From: Candidatus Multivoradales bacterium
Lineage (GTDB): Bacteria > Acidobacteriota > Thermoanaerobaculia > Multivoradales > JAHEKO01
DNA length: 64,000 nucleotides
Direction of reading: 5' to 3'
NCBI GenBank assembly: GCA_965223155.1
Contig: CBDCVR010000014.1
Coordinates: 1,056,001-1,120,000 of the forward strand
Each line of letters opens with the position of its first letter. Position 1 is the stretch's first letter. Under the pieces are notes generated by a model. It did no database searches, was not told where the DNA came from, and was given only the letters and a program-made list of their open reading frames with translations. The position numbers were made by a program, and so were the translations under genes. This document shows, piece after piece, positions 9,534 to 20,971 of the stretch.

Positions 9534-10918
9534 GCGTCCTCCCCGACCAGGTCTTCCGCCAGGCGGTAGACACTGCCGGCTCCCATCGTGATGATGACGT
9601 CACCGGCCTCGACCGAAGCGGCCAGGAGATCCCGGGCCGCCGCCAGATCGGCGACCGACTCGACCCGACGGTGCCCGCTCCGCCGGGCCGCATCCACGAC
9701 GAGCTCGGCGGTCACTCCCGGAATCGGCTGCTCCCGGGAAGGATAGATCGCGGTCACCAGAGCGTGATCGGCGGCCAGCAAGGAGCGGCCGAAGCCCTCG
9801 GCCTGGTCGCGAGTCCTGCTGTAGAGATGGGGCTGAAACACCACGTGGATGCGCCGGTCCGGAAAGAAGCTCCGGGCCGCCGTGAGCGTCGCCGACACCT
9901 CAGCCGGGTGGTGAGCGTAGTCGTCCACGACCTCGGCGCCACGCCAGGACCCCATGCGCTCGAAGCGGCGATGGACGCCCGTGAAGTCGGCCAGGGCGGC
10001 TCCGATGCGGTCGAACTCGAGGCCCACGGCGCGCCCGACCGCGATCGCGGCGAGCGCGTTCTGGACGTTGTGCCGGCCCGGCAGCGGGATCTCGGCGGCG
10101 CCCAGCTCACCGGCGTCGGCGGCCACGGCCGTAAAACGCATGCCGGTCTTCGTGGTCTCGAGATCCCGGGCGGAAAGATCGGCCTGGGGCGAGAAGCCGT
10201 AGGTCAGGGTCCGCCGGTCCGAGAGGTCCGGCAGGATGCCCTGCACGTTGGGGTCGTCCAGGCACAGAATCACCTCTCCGAAGAACGGCACCTTCGAAGC
10301 GAAGCTGACGAAGGCCTCCCGGATCTCGTCCAGGTCACGGTAGGTGTCCAGGTGCTCCAAGTCGATCGACGTGATGACGGCTAGGATCGGCTGGAGCCTC
10401 AGGAAGCTCCGGTCGAACTCGTCGGCTTCGGCCACGAGATAGTCGCTGTGCCCGCGCCGGGCCCCCGTGCCGGTGACCCGCAGCCTGCCGCCCACGATGA
10501 CGGTCGGGTCGAGTCCGGCGTCGGTCAAGAGAGTTCCAACCAGCGAGGTCGTGGTCGTCTTGCCGTGGGTTCCGGCAACCGCGATGCCGTACTTGAGGCG
10601 CATGAGCTCAGCCAGCATCTCGGCACGGCGCACGACCGTGACATTGCGGCGCCGCGCGGCGTCGACCTCCTCGTGATCGCCGGCAATGGCGGACGAGACC
10701 ACCAGCAGATCGACCTCGCTCAGATGCTCCGCCGAGTGCCCGATCTCGATCGCGATCCCTAGGTCGCGCAGCCGCGCCGTGGTCTCGCTTTCCTGAACGT
10801 CACAGCCCGTGACCTCCAGGTCGTAATCGGTCAGGACCTCGGCGATGCCGCTCATGCCCGCACCGCCGATGCCCATGAAATGAACGCGGGAGAGATCCGC
10901 GAAGTGCTGGAACATCAT
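9530..10918 (-). CDS. murC: UDP-N-acetylmuramate--L-alanine ligase
   Basis: HFMGIGGAGMSGIA, AGTHGKTTTT, EADEFDRSFL, DDYAHHP. Confidence 0.97.
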   Translation of the reverse strand: MMFQHFADLSRVHFMGIGGAGMSGIAEVLTDYDLEVTGCDVQESETTARLRDLGIAIEIGHSAEHLSEVDLLVVSSAIAGDHEEVDAARRRNVTVVRRAEMLAELMRLKYGIAVAGTHGKTTTTSLVGTLLTDAGLDPTVIVGGRLRVTGTGARRGHSDYLVAEADEFDRSFLRLQPILAVITSIDLEHLDTYRDLDEIREAFVSFASKVPFFGEVILCLDDPNVQGILPDLSDRRTLTYGFSPQADLSARDLETTKTGMRFTAVAADAGELGAAEIPLPGRHNVQNALAAIAVGRAVGLEFDRIGAALADFTGVHRRFERMGSWRGAEVVDDYAHHPAEVSATLTAARSFFPDRRIHVVFQPHLYSRTRDQAEGFGRSLLAADHALVTAIYPSREQPIPGVTAELVVDAARRSGHRRVESVADLAAARDLLAASVEAGDVIITMGAGSVYRLAEDLVGEDA

Positions 10919-12066
10919 GGCGCGACCTCCGCCGCCGCGCTCCGTCTCACCGGACTCAAGGCGCCCGCGACCAGGCGATCGGCGATCCGTTCGGCCGCCT
11001 CGGGGTGGGCATGGAGCCGCGCGCTCCGAGCCATCGCCTCCAGGCGCGGTCGGTCCTCCAGCAGGCCGGTGACCGCGGCCAGAAGATCCGCGGCGGTCAG
11101 CTCGTCGCCATCCAGGACCAGGGCCGCGCCGCCGCGTTCGAGGCTGGTGGCGTTGTAGCGCTGGTGCCCGCCGCCGGATGCGGTCAGGGGCACGAACACC
11201 GCCGGCCGTCCCGCGGCGGCAATCTCGGCGCAGGTCAAGGCTCCCGCCCGGGAGACGATCACGTGCGCCCGGGCCATGGCCCCGGCCACATCCTCCAGAA
11301 ACGCCGCCGTCTCGATGCCCGCGCCGTCGGCGCCCCCGAGACCCCGATCTGCGTAGGCAGTCCGGACCGCTTCGAGGTGCGCCCGTCCGGTCTGGTGGGT
11401 CACCGTGAGGTCGGGGAAGCTCTGGCGAAGCCCGGCGACGAGCTCGGGCACCATCTGGTTGATCTGGAGCGCCCCCTGGCTCCCCCCCAGTACGAGCAGG
11501 TGCGGCGGCCCAACCGGCAGCGAACCGATCCGGTGAAACGCCGAGCGCACCGGGGTCCCGGTGACCACACTCGGACAGCGCAGATCTCCACCGGTGTCCT
11601 CGTAGGCGGTCAGGGCCTCGCGGCACCAGCGCGACACCACCCGGTTGGCGGCGCCCGAGCGGGCGTTGGGCTCGAAGATCATGGCGGGCCGGCCGGCCAG
11701 CCGCGCTCCCACGACCGCCGGGGCCGATACGTAGCCGCCGGTACCAAAGACGGCGTCGGCGCCCATCGACCGGATCAGACCGCGGGCCTTCCAGGCCGAC
11801 GCGGCGAGGGTGGCGAGCGCGCCGAGCTTCGACATCGCTCCCCGGCCCAGCCAGGGCCGCGCGGCCAGCGGATGGAAGGGCAGACCCGCCTTCCGCACCA
11901 ACGTCTCCTCCATGCCCTCGGGGCGTCCCACCCAGCTCACGGAGTGCCCTCCGCCGACGAGCTCGTCGGCAACGGCGAGCGCCGGGAAGACGTGGCCGCC
12001 GGTCCCGCCACCGGCAACCAAGACGTGAACCGTCGATCTCGGTCGGGCCTCGTCCACATCATCCAT
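10915..12066 (-). CDS. murG: Undecaprenyl-PP-MurNAc-pentapeptide GlcNAc transferase
   Basis: AGGGTGGHVFP, GGYVSAP, GGSQGA, SRAGALT. Confidence 0.97.
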   Translation of the reverse strand: MDDVDEARPRSTVHVLVAGGGTGGHVFPALAVADELVGGGHSVSWVGRPEGMEETLVRKAGLPFHPLAARPWLGRGAMSKLGALATLAASAWKARGLIRSMGADAVFGTGGYVSAPAVVGARLAGRPAMIFEPNARSGAANRVVSRWCREALTAYEDTGGDLRCPSVVTGTPVRSAFHRIGSLPVGPPHLLVLGGSQGALQINQMVPELVAGLRQSFPDLTVTHQTGRAHLEAVRTAYADRGLGGADGAGIETAAFLEDVAGAMARAHVIVSRAGALTCAEIAAAGRPAVFVPLTASGGGHQRYNATSLERGGAALVLDGDELTAADLLAAVTGLLEDRPRLEAMARSARLHAHPEAAERIADRLVAGALSPVRRSAAAEVAP

Positions 12067-13144
12067 GCTGGGACACGTTGAGGAGAACGCCGCACGCCGC
12101 CAGGCTCATCATCAGGGACGAGCCTCCGTAGGAGACGAACGGCAAGGTCATGCCGGTGGCCGGCAGCATCGAGAGCGCCACCGACACGTGAATCGCCGCC
12201 TGAATCACCAAGGCTCCGGCGAGCCCCCAGGCCAGGTAGCGACCGAAGGCGTCGGGAGCCCGCCGCCCAGCCCGGGCCCCGCGCCACAAGAGCACCGCGA
12301 ACAGGATCAGCAGGACGGCGCAGCCGACGAGCCCGAGCTCCTCGGCCAGGATCGAGAAGACGAAGTCCGAGTGCGGATACGGCAGGAAATGGAGCTTCTG
12401 CACGCCCTCGCCGAGGCCGCGACCCAGGAGACCGCCCGAGCCGATCGCAATCAACGACTGGAGCGCCTGGAAGCCGCCGCCCAGTGGATCGCTCTCGGGG
12501 TCCAGGAAGGCCAGGAAGCGGGCACGCCGGTAGGGCTCGAAATAGATCGCCGCCGCCACCAGCGGGCCCACCGCCCCGCCGGCCAGCAGCAGTTGCCAAA
12601 TCGGCAATCCGGCCAAAAACAGTAGCATGCCGGCGATGGCGACGAGCATCGCGGCCGAGCCCAGGTCCCGGCCCAGAAGGACGAGACCCGCCAGAATCGC
12701 CGTCACCGCGACGATCGGCACGACGTAGCGGCGATCCGAGCGCAGGTCCTCGGTCTTGGCAAGCTGGTAGGCGATGAGCGGCACCAGGCTGAGCTTGGCG
12801 AGCTCCGAGGGTTGGAACGAGAAACCCGCAATCAGCAGCCAGCGGTTGGTGTTGTTGAGAGCCGGCGAGGCCAGGGCCAGAACAAGGAGTGCCGCCGCCA
12901 GCCCGAAAAGCGACCACACCACCCGCCGGTCCCCGAACCAGGAATAGTCGAGATGCATCAGGAGCCACATCGCGATCAGGCCCAGCCCGGCGGCGACCGC
13001 CTGCTTCAGAACCAGCGAGCTGGCCGAGCCGTTCCGGACCTCGGCCGCGGCAACACTGGCCGAGAAGACCATGGTCAGGCCGAAGCCCACCAAGATGATG
13101 AGCGCGGTAAAGAGGACGTGGTCGAAGGCCAGCTTCTTAGCCAT
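12059..13144 (-). CDS. ftsW: SEDS peptidoglycan glycosyltransferase FtsW
   Basis: FQPSELAK, LPYPHSDFVFSILAEELG, LPFVSYGGSS; start ATG 13144. Confidence 0.96.
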   Translation of the reverse strand: MAKKLAFDHVLFTALIILVGFGLTMVFSASVAAAEVRNGSASSLVLKQAVAAGLGLIAMWLLMHLDYSWFGDRRVVWSLFGLAAALLVLALASPALNNTNRWLLIAGFSFQPSELAKLSLVPLIAYQLAKTEDLRSDRRYVVPIVAVTAILAGLVLLGRDLGSAAMLVAIAGMLLFLAGLPIWQLLLAGGAVGPLVAAAIYFEPYRRARFLAFLDPESDPLGGGFQALQSLIAIGSGGLLGRGLGEGVQKLHFLPYPHSDFVFSILAEELGLVGCAVLLILFAVLLWRGARAGRRAPDAFGRYLAWGLAGALVIQAAIHVSVALSMLPATGMTLPFVSYGGSSLMMSLAACGVLLNVSQHG

Positions 13145-14579
13145 CGTCCCCTCCGTTGCGTCCCCCGAGAGCCTCGCGCACCAGCTCTTGAAAGCGCTCG
13201 CCACGGTGGGCGAAGTTGCGAAACTGATCGAAGCTGGCGCAGGCCGGCGACAGCAGCACCGTCTCACCGGACCGCGCCCGGCGGTGGGCGTCGGCGACCG
13301 CGCGTTCAAGTGTTTCCACCGTGCGCACACCCGCGGCCTCGGGGCCCAAGTCCTCGGCGATCGTCGCCGCCGCTTCGCCGATCAAGTACACCGCCCGGGC
13401 CTTCAGCGCCACCGTCTCGGACAGCGGAACGAAGCTCTCGCCCTTGGCCTGACCGCCCAGGATCAGATGCACCGAGCGATCCTCGAAGCCTTCGAGGGAC
13501 TTGAGGACGGCGCCGACGTTGGTGCCCTTCGAATCGTCGATCCAGCGCACGCCACCGGCCACGGCCACCGTCTGCATCCGGTGCGGCAGGCCCGCAAAAC
13601 CGGCCAGAGCCCGGCCGAAGCCCTGAGGCGGAGCTCCCAGAGAGCGCGCCAAGAGCGCGGCCGCCATCGCGTTCTCCAGATTGTGCTCGCCCGGCTGCGC
13701 CACGTCCGAACGCCGGAAGAGCTCGCGCTCGCCGGCCTCGGGCTCGACCTCGACAACCCGGTCGCCGTCCAGATAGCAGCCGTCCGCCACCCTGCCGAGC
13801 CGCGAGAAGAAGCGCTTGCGCGCCCGGGTGGCCAATCCGGCCTCGCGCAGCCAGGGATCATCGGCATTGAGCACGGCGCAGTCGGTGGACTCCTGATTGG
13901 CCAGCAGGCGGAGCTTGGCTGCCACGTACCGTTCGACGGTGCAGTGCCGGTCGATGTGGTCCGGCGAGATATTGAGCAGGGCGGCCGCGCTGGGCCGGAA
14001 GTTCGCCGTGCCCTCGAGCTGGAAGCTCGACAGTTCGACCACGAAGACTCGGTCCCTGGGTCCCTCGACCCGCGACACCAGCGGCACGCCGATGTTGCCG
14101 CAGACCTCGACGGCGAATCCGGCGGCTTCCAGAAGGGCGCCGGTCATCGCCGTGGTCGTGCTCTTGCCGTTGCTGCCGGTGATGCCGACCACCGGCCCCT
14201 CCAGAAACGGAAAGGCCAGCTCCACCTCGGCCAAGATCGGCACGCCGCGCCTCTCGGCATCGACCAGGAGCGGACGATCCGGGGCGACGCCGGGACTGAC
14301 CACGACCCCATCGATCCCTTGCGGTAACTCCTCCGGCTCGGCACCGAGACGCGGCTCGAAAGACTCGAAACGCTCGAGCTCGGCGAGATCCAGAGCCGGC
14401 GCCGAACGGCGGTCCACGCCTACAACTTCGATCCCGCGGCTGCACAGAAAGTGCGCGGCCGCGGTCCCCGAGCGGCCCAGGCCGTAGACCAGGGCGCGAC
14501 GCCACCCGAGCGTCGGGGTTTCAGGGCTCGTGGAGCCAGCAGAGCCGTCAGAGCCAGGCTGGTAGGTCTCAGCGCTCAT
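13137..14579 (-). CDS. murD: UDP-MurNAc-L-Ala--D-Glu ligase
   Basis: [43 protein letters not shown]. Confidence 0.97.
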   Translation of the reverse strand: MSAETYQPGSDGSAGSTSPETPTLGWRRALVYGLGRSGTAAAHFLCSRGIEVVGVDRRSAPALDLAELERFESFEPRLGAEPEELPQGIDGVVVSPGVAPDRPLLVDAERRGVPILAEVELAFPFLEGPVVGITGSNGKSTTTAMTGALLEAAGFAVEVCGNIGVPLVSRVEGPRDRVFVVELSSFQLEGTANFRPSAAALLNISPDHIDRHCTVERYVAAKLRLLANQESTDCAVLNADDPWLREAGLATRARKRFFSRLGRVADGCYLDGDRVVEVEPEAGERELFRRSDVAQPGEHNLENAMAAALLARSLGAPPQGFGRALAGFAGLPHRMQTVAVAGGVRWIDDSKGTNVGAVLKSLEGFEDRSVHLILGGQAKGESFVPLSETVALKARAVYLIGEAAATIAEDLGPEAAGVRTVETLERAVADAHRRARSGETVLLSPACASFDQFRNFAHRGERFQELVREALGGRNGGDDG

Positions 14580-15661
14580 CGCAGCTTCAGGGTCGAAAGG
14601 CTCAGCAGCGCGAACAGGAAGGCCGCGATCCAGAAGCGCACGATGATCTTGGGTTCGGACCATCCGCTGAGCTCGAAGTGGTGATGAATGGGCGCCATGC
14701 GGAACACCCGCTTGCCGGTCAACTTGTAGGAGAGCACCTGGATGATCACCGACAGCGCTTCGACCACGAACAGCCCGCCGACCAGCACCAGGACGATCTC
14801 CTGCTTGGCCAGCACCGCCACCGTGCCAATAGCTCCGCCGAGCGCCAGCGAGCCGACGTCGCCCATGAAGACCTGGGCCGGATGCGCGTTGAACCATAGG
14901 AATCCCAGGCTCGCCCCGACCAGGGCGCTACAGAAAACGGCGACCTCCCCCGCGCCCCGAACGTGAGGCACCTGGAGGTAGCTAGCCACCACCGAATGGC
15001 CGGCGATGTAGGTAAAGACGCCGTAGGTAGCCGCCGCGATCAGCGTCGCACCGATCGCCAGCCCGTCCAGTCCGTCGGTCAGATTGACCGCGTTCGACGC
15101 GCCCGCCAAAACCAGCGCGACGAAGGGGATATAAAGCCATCCGATGTCGAAGACCGCTCGCTTGAAGAAGGGGAAGGCCACCGTGGAATTGACGCCCCAC
15201 TGGTCGGGAAGGCCCAGGATGGTGGCCGCCGCGACCGCGCCCACGGCGATCTGCAGGAAGAACTTGCCCTTGGCGGTCAGGCCCAGGTTGCGCCGGCGGC
15301 GGATTTTCAAGAAGTCATCGACGAAGCCGATCAGGCCGTAGGCCACGGTGACGCCAATCGCCACCCAGACCAGCGGGTTGGTCAGGTTCACCCACAGCAG
15401 GGTCGGCACGACCACGGCAAAGAGGATCAGCACGCCGCCCATGGTCGGCGTACCGGCCTTGGCCTGATGGCCCTCGGGACCCTCGTCGCGAATGTTCTGC
15501 CCGATCGAGAGCTTCTGCAGCCAGGCGATGAAGCGCGGCCCCAGCAGGAGCGAGAGCAGCACCGCAGTGACGATAGCGCCGGCCGAACGAAAGGTGATGT
15601 AGCGAAACACGTTAAACGCCGCGAACCGATCGGCCAGGGGCACGAGCAGATGGAACAGCAT
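14576..15661 (-). CDS. mraY: Phospho-MurNAc-pentapeptide transferase
   Basis: [38 protein letters not shown]. Confidence 0.98.
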   Translation of the reverse strand: MLFHLLVPLADRFAAFNVFRYITFRSAGAIVTAVLLSLLLGPRFIAWLQKLSIGQNIRDEGPEGHQAKAGTPTMGGVLILFAVVVPTLLWVNLTNPLVWVAIGVTVAYGLIGFVDDFLKIRRRRNLGLTAKGKFFLQIAVGAVAAATILGLPDQWGVNSTVAFPFFKRAVFDIGWLYIPFVALVLAGASNAVNLTDGLDGLAIGATLIAAATYGVFTYIAGHSVVASYLQVPHVRGAGEVAVFCSALVGASLGFLWFNAHPAQVFMGDVGSLALGGAIGTVAVLAKQEIVLVLVGGLFVVEALSVIIQVLSYKLTGKRVFRMAPIHHHFELSGWSEPKIIVRFWIAAFLFALLSLSTLKLR

Positions 15662-17073
15662 CAGTCCGTTCCTCCGCAAAGGTCCGCCACGACCCGGTCC
15701 AGCCCGACGCCTCTCGAGCCCTTGACCAAGAGCACGTCGCCGTCCCGCATCTCGCCGAGCGCGAACTCGGCCGCCTCTTCGGCCTCGGCGAACCAGAGCG
15801 CCCGCCGCCCGGCGCCGCCGGCGGCCTCGGCCAGCGGACGCGCTTCCTCGCCGACGGCAACGATCGGATCAAAGCCCAGCTCGGCGGCTTCCTCGCCGGC
15901 GCGCAAGTGAAACTCCGGCGAGCCCGGTCCGAGCTCGAGCATCGAGCCCAGAACCGCCCAGTGCCGGCGTCCGGCCAGGCGCCGGACCGATGCCAGCGCG
16001 CGCCCGAGAGCATCGGGGTTCGAGTTGTAACTGTCGTCAATGACGACACGCTCGCCGGCCAGCCGGTGGAGCTCGCCGCGCATCGCCGCCGGGCGGACCT
16101 CCGCGGCCGAAGCCACGATCGCGTCCAGCGAAACGCCCACGGTGTGGGCACAGGCCGCCGCCGCCAGGAAGTTGTCGACGTGGAAGCTGCCGTAGAGCGG
16201 CAGGGACACCGCGCGCCGCTCGCCGCCGACGCAGAGGATGAAATCGATGCCCCCGGCGCCGTCCTCGGCCACGTCCTCAGCACCGTAGTCGAGTTCGCAC
16301 TCGGTATCGCCCGGCGCCACGGACGCGCGCCCGTACCAGATCACCTTGCCGGGATGCCGCGCCACGATCCGGACCACTTCCGGATCGTCGGCGTTCGCGA
16401 TCACCGTACCGGCCGGGCCGAGTCCTTCCAGCAGCTCGGCCTTGGCCTCGGCGATCCCGCGCAGATCGTCGAAGAACTCGAGATGCACCGGCCGAACGTT
16501 GGTGTAGACCACGAAGTCAGGCCGCCCGAGCGCCGCCAGCCGGCTCAACTCACCGGGCGTCGACATGCCCATCTCCGCCACCATCCACTCGGTGTCCTCC
16601 GGAATCGAAAGCAGCGAGATCGGAAATCCGAAGAGATTGTTGAGATTGCCGGGATTCTTGGCGACCCGATAGCGGCTGGCGAGCATCCGCGCCAGCAGTT
16701 CCTTGGTCGTGGTCTTGCCGGCGGAGCCGGTCACCGCCACCAACTGCTCGGGCAGACGGGCGCGCACGTCCGAAGTCAGGGCGTGAAGCGCATCGAGCGC
16801 GCTCGGTACCCGGATCAGTCCGCTCGACCGATCGAAACCCGGAGCGGACTCTTCCGGATCGCGCTCTACGATCGCGGCCGCGGCGCCTCGTGCCAGCGAA
16901 TCGGCCACGAAACGATGGCCATCGGTCACCTCGCCGGCAAGGGCGAAGAACAACTCGCCACCGGTTACCTGGCGCGAGTCCAGCACCGCGCCGCGCCACG
17001 GAGCCGATGGATCTCCGGCAAGGAGCTCGCCGCCCATGGCGCCCGCGGCCTCGCCCAGGGTGCCCTCAGCCAT
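15661..17073 (-). CDS. murF: UDP-MurNAc-tripeptide--D-Ala-D-Ala ligase
   Basis: [32 protein letters not shown]. Confidence 0.96.
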   Translation of the reverse strand: MAEGTLGEAAGAMGGELLAGDPSAPWRGAVLDSRQVTGGELFFALAGEVTDGHRFVADSLARGAAAAIVERDPEESAPGFDRSSGLIRVPSALDALHALTSDVRARLPEQLVAVTGSAGKTTTKELLARMLASRYRVAKNPGNLNNLFGFPISLLSIPEDTEWMVAEMGMSTPGELSRLAALGRPDFVVYTNVRPVHLEFFDDLRGIAEAKAELLEGLGPAGTVIANADDPEVVRIVARHPGKVIWYGRASVAPGDTECELDYGAEDVAEDGAGGIDFILCVGGERRAVSLPLYGSFHVDNFLAAAACAHTVGVSLDAIVASAAEVRPAAMRGELHRLAGERVVIDDSYNSNPDALGRALASVRRLAGRRHWAVLGSMLELGPGSPEFHLRAGEEAAELGFDPIVAVGEEARPLAEAAGGAGRRALWFAEAEEAAEFALGEMRDGDVLLVKGSRGVGLDRVVADLCGGTD

Positions 17074-18637
17074 CAGCACGCTCCCGGGCAGATTCCTCCA
17101 GGGCCAGCCGGATCTCTTCGAGGTCCGAGAACGGCAAGACCTCTCCGCCGACGTCCTGTCCCTGCTCGTGCCCCTTGCCGGCCACCAAGACCAGGGAAGC
17201 GCCGTCGGCCACCGCCAGGGCCCGCCGGATGGCCTCTCGTCGATCCGGTACGACGCGGTACTCCCGGGAGCCGCTCTGCTTGAGCCCGGTCTCGACCGCC
17301 GCGATGATCGCCAGTGGGTCTTCGCTCCTGGGGTTGTCGGTGGTCACGATCGGCAGATCGGCGAGCTCTCCGACAGCCCGGCCCATGAGCGGCCGCTTGC
17401 CCGGATCGCGGTCTCCACCGCAGCCGAAGACGCAGAGGATGCGCCGATCCGGGGCGAGCTCGCGCAGCGACCGAAGGGTGGCGGCAAGCGCCGCATCGGT
17501 GTGGGCGTAGTCCACGAACACCGGAAACTCCTGGCCGTGCTCCACCGGCTCGAGCCGGCCCGGAAGCGGTCCGACGACCTCGAGTCCGGCCCGGACGGCA
17601 TCGACCTCGATCCCGAGTGCGACGCCGCAGGCGGCCGACGCCAGAAGGTTCTCGAGGTTGTACCGTCCGCGGAGCGTCGAGGAGATCTCGAGCACGCCCG
17701 CCGGCGTCTCGAGCCGCGCTCGGATACCGTCCAGATCGAGCGTGGCCTCGACCACCGAGACATCGCCGCCGGAGCCGTAGGTCACGAGCGTCTCCGGGCG
17801 GCCCGATTCGCTGGCAGTCGGGGTCCCCAGATCCGTAGGCGCGGCAACCAATTCAGAGACCACCTCGCCGGTCCATTCCGCGGTCAATTCCGCTGCCAGG
17901 CGGCGACCGTAGGCGTCGGCAACGTTGACCACCGCCGAGCCGCTACTCTTCAGGCGCTCAAAGAGCTGACGCTTGGCGGCGAAGTAGTCTTCGAAGCCGG
18001 CGTGAAAGTCGAAGTGGTCGCGCGACAGGTTGGTGAAGACGGCGAGATCGAACTCGAGGCCCGCGACCCGATCGAAGGCGAGCGCGTGCGAGGAGACTTC
18101 CATCACCACCGCATCGGCGCCCCGATCCCGAACCTCGCGCAACCAAGGAACCAACTCGGTGGCCTCGGGGGTGGTGCGCTCACTTGTCGCCGAGGTCTCG
18201 GTCCCAAACCGAAAGCCGAGAGTGCCGAGCGATCCCGTGGCTCGGCCACCGGCTTCCAGGACAGCGGCCACGAGCGCCGTGACCGTTGACTTGCCGTTGG
18301 TTCCGGTGATGCCCACCAGGGTCAGCTCGCGATCCGGATGGCCCGCCAGTCTGGCGGCGAGAGGACCCAGGACGGATCGAGGATCCTCGGTCACCAGCCA
18401 CGGCGCTCGAACGCCCGACGGGCGCGCGCCGGAAGTCAAAACGCCGGAGGCACCCCTGGCCAGGGCGTCGTCGACGAAGGCCCGGCCATCGAATCGCTCT
18501 CCCACCAGGGCCACGAAGAGATCGCCGGGATGGACGCGGCGGGAGTCGTGCTGGACGCCGGTGATCTCGAAATCGGTCTCGGAGGCACCGATCGGAAGTC
18601 CGGCTATCAGGTCGGCGGCACGCATGAGCTCGATCAT
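17066..18637 (-). CDS. murE: UDP-MurNAc-dipeptide--meso-DAP ligase
   Basis: ITGTNGKST, MEVSSH, DYAHT, DNPR (DAP-specific motif), AGKGHE. Confidence 0.97.
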   Translation of the reverse strand: MIELMRAADLIAGLPIGASETDFEITGVQHDSRRVHPGDLFVALVGERFDGRAFVDDALARGASGVLTSGARPSGVRAPWLVTEDPRSVLGPLAARLAGHPDRELTLVGITGTNGKSTVTALVAAVLEAGGRATGSLGTLGFRFGTETSATSERTTPEATELVPWLREVRDRGADAVVMEVSSHALAFDRVAGLEFDLAVFTNLSRDHFDFHAGFEDYFAAKRQLFERLKSSGSAVVNVADAYGRRLAAELTAEWTGEVVSELVAAPTDLGTPTASESGRPETLVTYGSGGDVSVVEATLDLDGIRARLETPAGVLEISSTLRGRYNLENLLASAACGVALGIEVDAVRAGLEVVGPLPGRLEPVEHGQEFPVFVDYAHTDAALAATLRSLRELAPDRRILCVFGCGGDRDPGKRPLMGRAVGELADLPIVTTDNPRSEDPLAIIAAVETGLKQSGSREYRVVPDRREAIRRALAVADGASLVLVAGKGHEQGQDVGGEVLPFSDLEEIRLALEESARERADG

Positions 18638-20556
18638 CAAGAGGAGCGATCTCCCAGCCAGATCTCGACCGTGCCTTGGGCCGCGTCGAGCGGTAGGCCG
18701 GCCGGAGGCGACTGGGCGCTGACGAATCCACTGCCGTTGATGGATGGGGTGATCCCCCGCTTCGCAAGAACCCGGATCGCCTCGCGCGCGGTCAGACCCT
18801 GGAGGTCCGGGATCGCGTCGATGGGGAGCTCGCGCCGGGCTTCTCGAGCTGGGAGCACTGGCCTCTCGCCAGGCGCCGCGGCCAAGCGCGAGCCCGGGGC
18901 GGGCGGCACCGCCAGGTAGGGCAAGGCGCGCTCCACGACGCGGCCGAACACCGGCGCGGCGACCTCGCCGCCGTGGTACCGGCCGACCGGCTCATCCAGG
19001 ATGACGACCCCCACCACCACCGGTTCACGCGATGGGGCGAACCCTGCGAACGAGGCGATGTGGGCGGTTGCCGAGTACCCTTCGCCCGGAACGGCCTTTT
19101 GCGCCGTGCCGGTCTTGCCGGCCACGCGGTACCCGTCCACAGCCGCCGCCCGGCCGGTTCCTTCATCCACCACCGCCTCGAGCATTCGCAAGAGCGAGCG
19201 CAGAGTCGCCGGATGGGCCACCGGCTCCGTAGCGATGGGCCGGTCCAGCCGCTCCAAGCGCCCGCCGCGGCCCAGCGCGGACACCAGATGAGGACGCACC
19301 CGGTAGCCACCATTGGCGAGAGCCGCGAACGCGGTCACCAGTTGCATGGGCGTGACCGACAGACCTTGGCCGATCGACAGATAGGCGGCCTCGTTTCTGG
19401 CCCAGCGCTCCACCGGCCGCAGGATGCCGGCGCTCTCGCCCGGTAGGTCCACGTTGGTGCGCTGGCCGAAACCGAAATCGCGCGTGGTCGCGAAGAAGTC
19501 CTCCCGCTCGACCAAGAGCCCAGTCTTGATCGCGCCCACGTTGCTTGAGGCGGCGATCACGTCACGAAGCGTCAAGTCACCGAAGGGCTTGTGATCGCGG
19601 ATCACGGTGCGGCCCAGGGTGATGCTGCCGTGCTCGCAATCGATCACGTCCATCGGATCGATCAGGTTCCGGTCGAGGGCGGCGGCGGCGGTCACCGCCT
19701 TGAAGGTCGAGCCCGGCTCGTAGGCGAATTGGATCGCTAGGTTCTGCCAGCGCTCGGCGTCGTACTCGGAGAAACGGTTGGGGTCGAAGGCCGGCTCCGA
19801 GGCCATCGCCAGAATGGCGCCGTCGGCAGGGTTCATGAGGATCGCCACACCCTGCTTCGCCGAGCTCGCGCTCACCGCCGCGGCCAGCTCCTCCTCGACC
19901 ACGTGCTGCACCGTGGCGTCCAGGGTCAGGTGGAGATCCGCCCCGGGCTCGGCGTCGATGAACGAGTAGCCGGGCGCGACTACCCGGCCGTCACGGGCGT
20001 CCTTGACCAGGCGCCGATCGACCGAACGCCCGGAGACGAGCTCGTTATACGCAGCTTCGAGCCCGGCCAGACCCGTGTGGTCGGTGCCCACGAACCCGAG
20101 CACGGCCCCGGCCGTTTCCTGGAGCGGGTAGAAGCGCTTGCTCTCGCGCACGAAACCGATACCCTCGAGCTCGAGGGCACGCACCGCTCCGGCCACGGGC
20201 GGATCCAACTGCCGTTCGAGCCACAGCCAGCGCTTCTCCGAGGTCAGACGCTCGAAGATTTCGGATTCGCTCGCGGCCAAGAGGCGCGCCAGCTCGGCGG
20301 CGGCACCGGCCGGGTCCAGGACCTCGTGTGGCAACACATAGACCGAGTCCACCGCCACCGACACGGCAAGCGTCCGGCCGCGGGCATCGAAGAGGGTGCC
20401 CCGGGGCGGCACCAGCTCGACCACCCGCTGCTGCTGTTCGCTGGCCTTGTCCAGATAGCGAGCGTGGTCAACGACTTGGACGCGGTAGAGACGCGCCGAG
20501 ATCGCCCCCGCCCAGAGCGCCATCAGCGCGAGAAAGATCCAGAGACGGCTCTTCAC
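18637..20556 (-). CDS. ftsI: Class B penicillin-binding protein FtsI/PBP3 with C-terminal PASTA domain
   Basis: GTG 20556 coupled to the ftsL stop; EPGSTFK, SSN, KTGTAQK; PASTA-like IPDLQGLTAREA. Confidence 0.95.
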   Translation of the reverse strand: MKSRLWIFLALMALWAGAISARLYRVQVVDHARYLDKASEQQQRVVELVPPRGTLFDARGRTLAVSVAVDSVYVLPHEVLDPAGAAAELARLLAASESEIFERLTSEKRWLWLERQLDPPVAGAVRALELEGIGFVRESKRFYPLQETAGAVLGFVGTDHTGLAGLEAAYNELVSGRSVDRRLVKDARDGRVVAPGYSFIDAEPGADLHLTLDATVQHVVEEELAAAVSASSAKQGVAILMNPADGAILAMASEPAFDPNRFSEYDAERWQNLAIQFAYEPGSTFKAVTAAAALDRNLIDPMDVIDCEHGSITLGRTVIRDHKPFGDLTLRDVIAASSNVGAIKTGLLVEREDFFATTRDFGFGQRTNVDLPGESAGILRPVERWARNEAAYLSIGQGLSVTPMQLVTAFAALANGGYRVRPHLVSALGRGGRLERLDRPIATEPVAHPATLRSLLRMLEAVVDEGTGRAAAVDGYRVAGKTGTAQKAVPGEGYSATAHIASFAGFAPSREPVVVGVVILDEPVGRYHGGEVAAPVFGRVVERALPYLAVPPAPGSRLAAAPGERPVLPAREARRELPIDAIPDLQGLTAREAIRVLAKRGITPSINGSGFVSAQSPPAGLPLDAAQGTVEIWLGDRSS

Positions 20557-20966
20557 GGATCGCTTCCACCGAGCGGCCCACCGACCGGCTCGCGAACCGG
20601 TTCGGCAATTGAGCCGGAGACCAGGGGAACAGCGCCCGCGACGAGCATCTGGTCGGCGCGTAGGGGACCAAGAGCCAGCTCGACGCGCGCGCGCGTCTCG
20701 AGGCGGCCCGGGCTCTCGAGATACGCCGCCTCGAGCTCGAGTTGGCGCGCCTGCTCCTGGAGTCCCTGCAGGGCCTCTTCCATGGCGTGAATTCGGTAGC
20801 CGGTGCCCAGCACCTGAGCGTGCAGCCACACGTAGAGGAGCGCGCCCAGGCCGACCGGCAGCAGCGTTCCCGCTACCCACAGGAGCTCGCTCCGCCGGCG
20901 CCGGTCCCGCTCGCGAATCAGGTACGTGTTGACGACCGGGCGCGCAACCGCGTACTCACGCCTCAT
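20553..20966 (-). CDS. ftsL: Cell division protein FtsL
   Basis: Single TM plus leucine zipper ending LESPGRLETRARVELAL; lies between rsmH and ftsI. Confidence 0.88.
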   Translation of the reverse strand: MRREYAVARPVVNTYLIRERDRRRRSELLWVAGTLLPVGLGALLYVWLHAQVLGTGYRIHAMEEALQGLQEQARQLELEAAYLESPGRLETRARVELALGPLRADQMLVAGAVPLVSGSIAEPVREPVGGPLGGSDP

Positions 20967-20971
20967 GACGG

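Noticed and set aside
6057-20880. Long N-terminal extensions on FtsZ, MurC, FtsW, MurD and FtsI in the ORF track
   Set aside because: Artefacts of longest-ORF calling; internal starts with RBS or stop/start overlaps fit better.
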